Assembly (NCBI RefSeq): GCF_035084215.1
Contig: NW_027139605.1
Coordinates: 1-64,000, forward strand
Length of the DNA: 64,000 nt
DNA from: Heptranchias perlo
Lineage: Eukaryota
Direction: 5' to 3'
In this document: in pieces, positions 34,360 through 44,800 of the stretch
How the letters are laid out: the number at the start of each line of letters is the position of its first letter
How positions within the stretch are numbered: position 1 is the first letter of the stretch
Made by a program: the position numbers and the translations under genes
The notes under the pieces: model-generated
Database searches by the model: none
Told to the model about the DNA's origin: nothing
What the model saw: only the letters and a program-made list of their open reading frames with translations

Positions 34360-34365
34360 AATAAA
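34360..34365 (+). terminator. Candidate polyadenylation signal AATAAA
   Basis: AATAAA at the end of the unique stretch, followed by a T/GT-rich tract and then LINE sequence. Confidence 0.4.
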
Positions 34366-34429
34366 TGAGGTGTGGTCCCCACTTCTTCTCTCTGTCTGTA
34401 CAGTACTCTGGGGTGGGGGAATGTTGGTC

Positions 34430-37412
34430 ATTTGGGTTAATAAAAGAAAGTCAGCACGGATTTGTTGAAGGCAAATCGTGTTTGACCAACTTGATTGAGT
34501 TCTTTGATGAAGTAACGGAGAGGGTTGATGAGGGCAGTGAGGTGGATGTTGTGTATATGGACTTTCAAAAAGGCATTTGATAAAGTGCCACATAATTGAC
34601 TTATTAGTAAAATTAAAGCCCATAGGATGAATATCCCAACACTGGACAAACAGGGGGCTCTGGGGGGAGGAGCTAAATACGATTAAAATCACTAAGGAAT
34701 TGGTACTCAGTAAATTAATGGGACTCAAGGCAGATAAATCCCCTGGACCTGATGACTTACATCCTAGGGTCTTGAGGGAAGTGGCAGTAGGGATTGTGGA
34801 TGCTTTGGTAATAATTTTCCAAAATTCTCTGGACTCAGCAAAGGTCTTGGCAGATTAGAAAACTGCTAATGTAACACCCTTATTTAAAAAGGGTAGTAGG
34901 CAGAAGGCTGGAAATTATAGACCAGTTAGCCTAACATCTGTGGTGGGTAAAATTTTGGAGTCTATTATTAAGGAGACAGTAACGGAACATTTGGATAAAC
35001 ATAATTTAATAGGACAAAGTCAGCATGGCTTTACGAAGGGGAAGTCATGTCTGACAAATTTGCTTGAGTTCTTTGAGAACATAACGTACAGGGTGGATAA
35101 AGGGGAACCAGTGGACGTAGTGTATTTAGACTTCCAGAAGGCATTCGACAAGGTGCCACATAAAAGATTATTGCCCAAGATAAAGAATCACTGGATTGGG
35201 GGTAATATTCTGGCATGGGTGGAGGATTGGTTATCTAACAGGAAGCAGAGAGTTGGGATAAATGGTTCAATCTCAGACTGGCAACCAGTGGCCAGTGGTG
35301 TTCCGCAGGGGTCGGTGCTGGGTCCCCAACTCTTTACAATCTATATTAACGATTTGGAGGAGGGGACCGAGTGTAACATCAAAGTTTGCAGATGATACAA
35401 AGATGGGAGGGAAAGTAGAGAGTGAGGTGGACATAAAAAACCTACAAGGGGATATAGACAGGCTGGGTGAGTGGGCGGAGATTTGGCAGATGCAATACAA
35501 TATTGGAAAATGTGAGGTTATGCACTTTGGCAGGAAAAATCAGAGAGCAAGTTATTATCTTAATGGCGAGAAACTGGAAAGTACTGCAGTACAAAGGGAT
35601 CTGGGGGTCCTAGTGCAAGAAAATCAAAAAGTTAGTTTGCAGGTGCAGCAGGTGATCAAGAAGGCCAACGGAATGTTGGCTTTTATTGCTCGGGGGATAG
35701 AATATAAAAACAGGGAGGTATTGCTGCAGTTATATAAGATATTGGTGAGACCGCACCTGGAATACTGCATACAGTTTTGGTGTCCATACTTAAGAAAAGA
35801 CATACTTGCTCTCGAGGCAGTACAAAGAAGGTTCACTCGGTTAATCCCGGGGATGAGGGGGCGGACATATGAGGAGAGGTAGAGTAGATTGGGACTCTAC
35901 TCATTGGAGTTCAGAAGATTGAGAGGCGATCTTATTGAAACATATAAGATTGTGAAGGGGCTTGATCGGGTGGATGCGGTAAGGATGTTCCCAAGGATGG
36001 GTTAACCTGGAAGTAGGGGGCATAATCTTAGAATAAGGGGCTGCTCTTTCAAAACTGACATGAGGAGAAACTTCTTCACTCAGAGCGTGGTGGGTCTGTG
36101 GAATTTGCTGCCCCAGGAAGCTGTGGAAGCTACATCATTAAATAAATTTAAAACAGAAATCGACAGTTTCCGAGAAGTAAAGGGAATTAGGGGTTACGGG
36201 GAGCGGGCAGGAAATTGGACATGAATTTAGATTTGAGGTTAGGATCAGATCAGCCATGATCTTATTGAATGGCGGAGCAGGCTCGAGGGGCCGATTGGCC
36301 TACTCCTGCTCCTATTATGTTCTTAAAGGGACAGTGGCAGCATAGGTACAAAATTGGCTCAGGGACAGAAAGCAGAGAGTCGTGGTGAACGGTTGTTTTT
36401 CAGACTGGAGGGAAGTTTACAGTGGGGTTCCCCAGGGCTCAGTATTAGGACCACTGCTCTTTTTGAGATACATTAATGACCTGGACTTGGGTATAGAGGG
36501 TATAATTTCAAAGTTTGCAGATGACTCAGAATTCAGAAATGTAGAAAACAGTGAAAAGGATAGTAACAGACTTCAGGAGGCCACAGACAGACTGGTGAAA
36601 TGGGCAGACACATGGCAGATGAAATTTAACACATAGAAGTGTGAAGTGATACATTTTGGTAGGAAGAATGAGGAGAGGCAATATAAACTAAATTCTAAAG
36701 GGGGTTCAGGAACAGAGAGACCTGGGGGTGTATGTACACAAATCTTTGAAGGTGGCAGGACAAGTTGAGAAGGCTGTTAAAAAAGCAAATGGGATCCTGG
36801 GCTTTATAAATAGAGGCATAGAGTACAAAAACAAGGAAGTTATGCTAAACCTTTATAAACACTGGTTAGGCCTCAGCTGGAGTATTGTGTCTGATTCTGG
36901 GCACCGCACTTTAGGAAGGATGTGAAGGCCTTAGAGAGGGTGCAGAGGAGAATGGTTCCAGGGATGAGGGACTTCAGTTATGTGGATAGACTGGAGAAGC
37001 TGGGATTGTTTTTCTTAGAGCAGAGAAGGTTAAGGGGAGATTTAATAGAGGTGTTCAAAATCATGAAGGGTTTTGATAGAGTAAATAAGGAGAAACTGTT
37101 TCCAGTGGCAGGAGGGTCAGTAACCAGAGGACACAGATTTAAGGTAATTAGCAAATCTGCCAAAGGGGAGATGAGGAGAATTTTCTTTACACAGCCAGTT
37201 GTTATGATCTGGAATGCACTGCCTGAAAGGGCGGTGGGAGCAGATTCAATAATAACTTTCAAAAGGGAAATCGGATAAATATTTGAAGGGGAGAAATTTG
37301 CAGGGCAATGGGGAAAGAGCAGGGCGAGTGGGACTAATTGGCTGGATCGTTCAAAGAACCAGCACAGGCAGGATGGGCCGAATGGCCGCCTTCTGTGCTG
37401 TACGATTGTATG
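34430..37412 (+). mobile_element. CR1-type LINE RT/3' fragment (host) split by a nested CR1
   Basis: [16 protein letters not shown]...KIKAH at 34430-34628 resumes as aaagggacagtggcagca... at 36325 and continues to a 3' tail near 37412. Confidence 0.85.
34629..36324 (+). mobile_element. Nested 5'-truncated CR1-type LINE
   Basis: [43 protein letters not shown] with stops and frameshifts; ends cctattatgttctt. Confidence 0.87.
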
Positions 37413-39930
37413 ATGAAGGGGTATGGAATTACGGGGAGGATAGTTAACTGGATCATAAATTGGTTGAAAGGGAGCAAACCGAGAGTTGGAGTTAAGGGTA
37501 GTTTCTCCGAGTGGTTGGAAGTGGGTCGTGGTGTCCCTCAGGGTTCAGTTCTGGAGCCACTCCTGTTCACCGTGTCTATCAGTGATTAGGATACAGGCCC
37601 AGAGGGAGTGAGGTTGGAGTTTGACACCAAAGGAGGCTGTAAAGGGATATTGATAAGATGGGGGATGGGCTACAAAGTGTGAGATGGAATTTAATGTCAG
37701 TCAGTGTGAGGGGTTGTATTTTGGTTAAAACCAGCAGTGATGATACTGGGAATGGGAGGAGGCTCGGACAGTGGGAGAGCAGAGGGTCTCAGAGGGGGAC
37801 AGGTTCACAGGACATTAAAGGCAGCACCTCAGGGTGATAAGGTTTAAAATAAGCTCATGGAATTGAAGGTTTTATCACGAAGTATAGAATCTAACAACCA
37901 ATCGGTGATGAGGAGCCTGTCCATAACCTTAATCAGAGCCCAGTTCGAGCACTGTGTGCAGTATTAGACTCCACACTATAGGAAGGAGATTGAGGCTTTC
38001 GAGAGGGGACAACACAGATTCCCCAGGACACTGCTGGCTGTGAGGAAATACAAAGAAACACAAAGTTTTTTTCACTACAGCAACACAGATTTTTTTATTT
38101 GTTCATGGGATGTGGGCGTCGCTGGCGAGGCCGGCATTTATTGTCCATCCCTAATTGCTCTTGAGGTGGTGGTGAGCCGCCTTCTTGAACCGCTGCAGTC
38201 CGTGTGGTGAAGGTTCTCCCACAGTGCTGTTAGGAAGGGAGTTCCAGGATTTTGACCCAGCGACGATGAAGGAACGGCGATATATTTCCAAGTTGGGATG
38301 ATGTGTGACTTGGAGGGGAACGTGCAGGTGGTGTTGTTCCCATGTGCCTGCTGCCCTTGTCCTTCTAGGTGGCAGAGGTCGCGGGTTTGGGAGGTGCTGT
38401 CGAAGAAGCCTTGTCGAGTTGCTGCAGTGCATCCTGTGGATGGTACACACTGCAGCCACGGTGTGCCAGTGGTGAAGGGAGTGAATGTTTAGGGTGGTGG
38501 ATGGGGTGCCAATCAAGCGGGCTGCTTTGTCCTGGATGGTGTTGAGCTTCTTGAGTGTTGTTGGAGCTGCACTCATCCAGGCAAGTGGAGAGTATTCCAT
38601 CACACTCCTGACTTGTGCCTTGTTGATGGTGGAAAGGCTTTGGGGAGTCAGGAGGTGAGTCACTCGCCACAGAAGACCCAGCCTCTGACCTGCTCTTGTA
38701 GCCACAGTACTTATGTGGCTGGTCCAGTTAAGTTTCTGGTCAATGGTGACCCCCAGGATGTTGATGGTGGGGGATTCGGTGATGGTAATGCCGTTGAATG
38801 TCAAGGGGAGGTGGTTGGACTCTCTCTTGTTGGAGATGGTCATTGCCTGGCACTTGTCTGGCGCGAATGTTACTTGCCACTTATCAGCCCAAGCCTGGAT
38901 GTTGTCCAGGACGTGCTGCATGCGGGCTCGGACTGCTTCATTATCTGAGGGGTTATGAATGGAACTGAACACTGTGCAATCATCAGCGAACATCCCCATT
39001 TCTGACCTTATGATGGAGGGAAGGTCATTGATGAAGCAGCTGAAGATGGTTGGGCCGAGGACACTGCCCTGAGGAACTCCTGCAGCAATGTCCTGGGGCT
39101 GAGATGATTGGCCTCCAACAACCACTACCATCTTCCTTTGTGCTCGGTATGACTCCAGCCACTGGAGAGTTTGCCCCCTGATTCCCATTGACTTCAATTT
39201 TACTCGGGCTCCTTGGTGCCACACTCGGTCAAATGCTGCCTTGATGTCAAGGGCAGTCACTCTCACCTCACCTCTGGAATTCAGCTCTTTTGTCCATGTT
39301 TGGACCAAGTCTGTAATGAGGTCTGGAGCCGAGTGGTCCTGGCGGAACCCAATCTGAGCATCGGTGAGCAGGTTATTGGTGAGTAAGTGCTGCTTGATCG
39401 CACTGTCGACGACACCTTCCATCACTTTGCTGATGATTGAGAGTAGACTGATGGTGCGGTAATTGGCCAGATTGCATGTGTCCTGCTTTTTGTGGACAGG
39501 ACATACCTGGGCAATTTTCCACATTGTCGGGTAGATGCCAGTGTTGTAGCTGTACTGGAACTGCTTGGCTAGAGGCGCAGCTAGTTCTGGAGCACAGGTC
39601 TTCAGCACTACAGCCGGGATGTTGTCGGGGCCCATAGCCTTTGCAGTGTCCAGTGCACTCAGCCGTTTCTTGATATCACGTGGAGTGAATCGAATTGGCT
39701 GAAGACTGGCTTCTGTGATGGTGGGGATATCGGGAGGAGGCCGAGATGGATCATCTGCTCAACACATCTGGCTGAAGATTGTCGCAAACAGATTAGGGGC
39801 AATCTGATCGAACTGTTTAAAATGATGAAAGGATGGGACAGGGTAGATGGACACAGACTCTAGAATGAGGAGCCATGGGGATAAGATTAAATGTAGGAGA
39901 TTGAGAACCTAGGACAGGAGTTACAGATAA
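37413..39930 (+). mobile_element. Old, degraded CR1-type fragment interrupted by LINE family B
   Basis: [26 protein letters not shown]; continues across the insertion as CAACACAGATT / AGGGGCAATCTGATC. Confidence 0.7.
38092..39787 (-). mobile_element. LINE family B, 5'-truncated, with open RT frame
   Basis: 494-aa ORF with [39 protein letters not shown]; flanked by a 7-bp direct repeat ACAGATT (38085-38091, 39788-39794). Confidence 0.92.
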
Positions 39931-41460
39931 CTACAGACCTGTCAGTTTAATGTCAGATGTACGGCCCTACTAGAATCTATCATCAGGGACAGAGTGACTG
40001 AGCATTTCATCAAATATGAGCTGATCAGAGAGAGCCAGTGTGGATTTGTAACGGGTAAGTCATGTCTAACGAACCTGGTTGAATTTTTTGCATCAGTAAC
40101 TAACGTGGTAGATAAGGGAGTGTCTGTGGATATTATTTCTGTGGCCATTTAAGGTATTCGATAAGGTTCCACATAAGAGACTGTTAACAAAAATGAGAGT
40201 GCATGGAATTGGAGGCAACCTATTGGCTTGGATCAGGAATTGGTCAGGGGGTTGGAGACAGGGAGTGGGGAGAATGGGAATGGACTCAGATTTTCTGTAC
40301 CTGTCTACGACCTTTCAGTGATTTCTGTACTTAGACCCCTAAATCTCTCTGCTCACCCAGTTCCCAGCTTCTCACCATTTAGACCTGGGTTGAACATTGG
40401 CTGGGAGGTTGGAGACAGAGAGTGGGGAGAAAGGGGATGTCCTCTGATTGGCAGGAGGTGACCAGTGGTGTCCCCCAGGGATCTGTACTGGTCATGACTT
40501 GGATGAAGAATAGAGAGCTGGATATCCAAGTTTACTGACGACACTAAATTAGGAGGGACAGGAAATAGTGTAGACGGGAGCAGGGAGTTGTGAAGGGACA
40601 GAGACAGATTAAGTGAGTGGGCAAAACTGTGGCAAATGGAGTTCAATGTGGGAAAGTGTGAGGTCATTGACTTTAGACCTAAGAAAGATAAATCAGAGTA
40701 TTTTCTACACGGTGAGAAACTAGGAACTAGAGAGGAACAGAGAGATTTGGGAGTCCAAGTACAGAAATCATTAAAAGCCAGTGGAGATACAAAAAGGATT
40801 GGGAAAGGCTAATGGAACGTTGGCCTTTATCTCGGGGGCTGGAATACAAAGGGGAGGAAGTTATGTTCCAGCTGTGCAGAGCTCTGGTCAGACCACATCT
40901 GGAGACTGTGTTCAGTTCTGGGCACCGCACCTCAGGAAGGATAGATTGGCCTTGGAGGGGGTGCAGCCCAGATTCACCAGAATGATCCCGGGGCTAAAAG
41001 GGTTAAATTACGAGGATATAAACTTGGTTTGCTTTTCTTGTATTCCCTCGAGTTTCGAAGATTGAGGGGTGATCTGATCGAGGTGTTTATAATGTTAAAA
41101 GATTTGTGTAGACTCAGCTTGTTTGCCTCATGTATAGAAGATTAAGGGGTGATGTAATTGAGATATTTAAGATGATGAAAGGACACAAAATTGGGGGGTG
41201 TAGTTAATACCCAGGAGGACTGTGACAAAATACAGGAAGTCATTAATAAACTTACAGAATGGGCATGTAATTGGCAAATGAATTTCAATATAGATAAGTG
41301 TGAGGTGGTGTATTTTGTAGGAAGAATAAGGAGGCCCCATACTGATTGGATAATAAGAGTCCAAATGGGGTAAAGGAGCAGAGGGATCTGGGGATACAGA
41401 TACACAAATCACGAAAAGTAGCGACACAGGTGAATAAGGTCATGAAAAAGCAAACCACGC
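39925..41460 (+). mobile_element. Degraded CR1-type RT fragments (several pieces, one inverted segment)
   Basis: NYRPVSL-like, SQCGF, FTDDTK-like and QFWAPHLRKD remnants with many stops and frameshifts. Confidence 0.7.
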
Positions 41461-41859
41461 ACCGTGGGGAATTCCTTATTTCTTGTGATTCTTGGACATT
41501 GGATGAATAGTCAAGGAAAGAAAGTCACCCTCACTCACGGTAGGTTCATTAATCAAAAGTAATTAATTAATGATGTCATCACTTATACGAGCATTCATGA
41601 AGCAAAATCAAACCATACATATGACTTTTATAAAATCCCGTTATACACTTAATAATTCACAACCTGATTTAATGACTTAACAATTGATACACACATCAGG
41701 CAAATCATTAATACATATACAACCATTAAACCAAGGGTTTTGCCCATCAGGCCTGAAGGTTGGTCAGCTCTTCAGAACTCAAGATCTTCTTCTTCTTCTT
41801 CTTCTTCTGGCCTGATGTTCAACTGCAGTGGGCGTTCCTTGTGACTGCCAGGTGATGAA

Positions 41860-44800
41860 GAGAGAGGGAGAGCGAGCGAGCGGATCAGAGCGAGCACGAG
41901 CGGATCAGAGAGAGAGAGAGCGCGGATCAGAGAGAGAGAGCGCGGATCAGAGCGAGAGCGAGCGGATCAGAGAGAGCGAGAGCGAGTGGATCAGAGAGAG
42001 AGAGCGAGCGGGCGGATCAGAGAGAGAGAGCGAGCGGATCAGAGAGAGAGAGAGCGAGCGGGCGGATCAGCGAGCGAGCGGATCAGAGAGAGAGCGGATC
42101 AGAGAGAGAGAGAGCGGATCAGAGAGAGAGAGAGCGGATCAGAGCGAGAGCGAGCGGATCAGAGAGAGCGAGAGCGAGTGGATCAGAGAGAGAGAGTGAG
42201 CGGGCGGATCAGAGAGAGAGAGAGCGAGCGGATCAGAGAGAGAGAGAGCGAGCGGGCGGATCAGCGAGCGAGCGGATCAGAGAGAGAGAGCGAGCGGGCG
42301 GATCAGAGAGCGAGCGAGCGGATCAGAGAGAGAGAGAGCGGATCAGAGAGAGAGAGAGAGAGCGGATCAGAGAGAGAGAGAGCGAGCGGATCAGAGAGAG
42401 AGAGCGAGCGGATCAGAGAGAGAGAGAGAGCGAGCGGATCAGAGAGAGAGCGAGCGGATCAGAGAGAGAGAGAGAGAGCGGATCAGAGAGAGAGCGAGCG
42501 AGCGGATCAGAGAGAGAGAGCGAGCGGATCAGAGAGAGAGAGCGAGCGGATCACAGAGAGAGAGCGAGCGGATCAGAGAGAGAGAGAGCGAGCGGATCAG
42601 AGAGCGAGCAAGCGGATCAGAGAGAGAGAGAGCGAGCGGATCAGAGAGAGAGAGAGAGAGCGGATCAGAGAGAGAGCGAGCGAGCGGATCAGAGAGGGAG
42701 AGAGCGAGCGGATCACAGAGAGAGAGAGCGAGCGAGAGGATCAGAGAGAGAGAGAGCGGATCAGAGAGAGAGAGAGCGAGCGGATCAGAGAGAGAGAGCG
42801 AGCGAGCGGATCAGAGAGAGAGAGCGAGCGAGCGGATCAGAGAGCGAGCAAGCGGATCAGAGAGAGAGAGAGCGAGCGGATCAGAGAGAGAGAGAGAGCG
42901 AGCGGATCAGAGAGAGAGAGAGAGAGAGCGGATCAGAGAGAGAGAGAGCGAGCGAGCGGATCAGAGAGAGAGAGAGCGAGCGGATCACAGAGAGAGAGAG
43001 AGCGGATCAGAGAGAGAGCGAGCGGATCAGAGAGAGAGAGAGCGAGCGGATCAGAGAGAGAGAGCGAGCGAGCGGATCAGAGAGAGAGAGAGAGCGAGCG
43101 GATCAGAGAGAGAGCGAGCAGATCAGAGAGAGAGAGAGAGAGCGGATCACAGAGAGAGCGAGCAAGCGGATCAGAGAGAGAGAGAGAGCGAGCGGATCAG
43201 AGAGAGAGAGAGCGAGCGGATCAGAGAGAGAGAGAGCGAGCGGATCAGAGAGAGAGAGAGCGGATCAGAGAGAGAGAGAGAGAGAGCGGATCACAGAGAG
43301 AGAGAGCGAGCGAGCGGATCAGAGAGATAGAGCGAGCAGATCAGAGAGAGAGAGAGAGCGAGCGGATCAGAGAGAGAGAACGCGAGCGAGCGGATCAGAG
43401 AGAGAGCGAGCGAGCGGATCAGAGAGAGAGCGACCGAGCGGATCAGAGAGAGAGAACGCAAGCGAGTGGATCAGAGAGAGAGCGAGCGAGCGGATCAGAG
43501 AGAGAGCGAGCGAGCGGATCAGAGATAGAACGCGAGCGAGCGGATCAGAGAAAGAGCGCGAGCGAGCGGATCAGAGAGAGAGCGCGAGCGAGCGGATCAG
43601 AGAGTACGCGAGCGAGCGGATCAGAGAGAGAGCGAGCGAGCGAGCGGATCAGAGGGAGAGCGCGAGCGAGCGGATCAGAGAGAGAGAACGCGAGCGAGCG
43701 GATCAGAGAGAGAGAACGCGAGCGAGCGGATCAGAGAGAGAGAACGCGAGCGAGCGGATCAGAGGGAGAGCGCGAGCGGATCAGAGGGAGAGAACGCGAG
43801 CGAGCGGATCAGAGAGAGAGAACGCAAGCGAGCGGATCAGAGAGAGAGATCGCGAGCGAGCGGATCAGAGAGAGAGAACGCGAGCGAGCGGATCAGAGGG
43901 AGAGAGAGCGGATCAGAGAAATAGAACGCGAGCCAGCGGATCAGAGGGAGAGAGAGCTGATCAGAGAGAGAGAACGCGAGCGAGCGGATCAGAGGGAGAG
44001 CGAGCGAGCGGATCAGAGGGAGAGAGAGAGCGAGCGGATCAGAGAGAGAGAACGCGAGCGAGCGGATCAGAGAGAGAGAGCGAGCGGATCAGAGAGAGAG
44101 AACGCGAGCGGATCAGAGAGATGGAGAGCGAGCGGATCAGAGAGAGAGAGAACGCGAGCGAGCGGATCAGAGGGAGAGAACGCGAGCGAGCGGATCAGAG
44201 GGAGAGAGAGCGGTTCAGAGAGAGAGAACGCGAGCCAGCGAGCGGATCAGAGGGAGAGCGAGCGAGCGGATCAGAGGGAGAGCGCGAGCGGATCAGAGGG
44301 AGAGCGCGGGCGGATCAGAGAGAGAGCGAGCGAGCGGATCAGAGAGAGAGAACGCGAGCGAGCGGATCAGAGAGAGAGAACGCGAGCGAGCGGATCAGAG
44401 AGAGAGAACGCGAGCGAGCGGATCAGAGAGAGAGAACGCGAGCGAGCGGATCAGAGAGAGAGAACGCGAGCGAGCGGATCAGAGAGAGAGAACGCGAGCG
44501 AGCGGATCAGAGGGAGAGCGCGAGCGGATCAGAGGGAGAGCGCGCGCGAGCGAGCGGATCAGAGAGAGAGAACGCGAGCGAGCGGATCAGAGAGAGAGAA
44601 CGCAAGCGAGCGGATCAGAGAGAGAGAGAGCGAGCGGATCAGAGAGAGAGAGAGTGAGCGAGCGGATCAGAGAGAGAGCGAGCGGATCAGAGAGAGAGAG
44701 AGAGCGAGCGGATCAGAGAGAGAGAGCGCAAGCGAGCGGATCAGAGAGAGAGCGAGCAGATCAGAGAGAGAGAACGCGAGCGAGCGGATCAGAGAGCGAG

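Larger units (their letters stand above)
32547..34385 (+). other. Probable terminal 3'UTR exon (exon 8) of the class I gene
   Basis: ctgac branch-like motif plus ttgtttctctttcccag acceptor ending 32546, then non-coding sequence, and an AATAAA at 34360. An alternative acceptor at 29938 (tgtctcctgcag) cannot be excluded. Confidence 0.45.

Noticed and set aside
22631-41460. Autonomous, active retrotransposon or domesticated RT gene
   Set aside because: All copies are 5'-truncated and/or carry stops, frameshifts, deletions or nested insertions.
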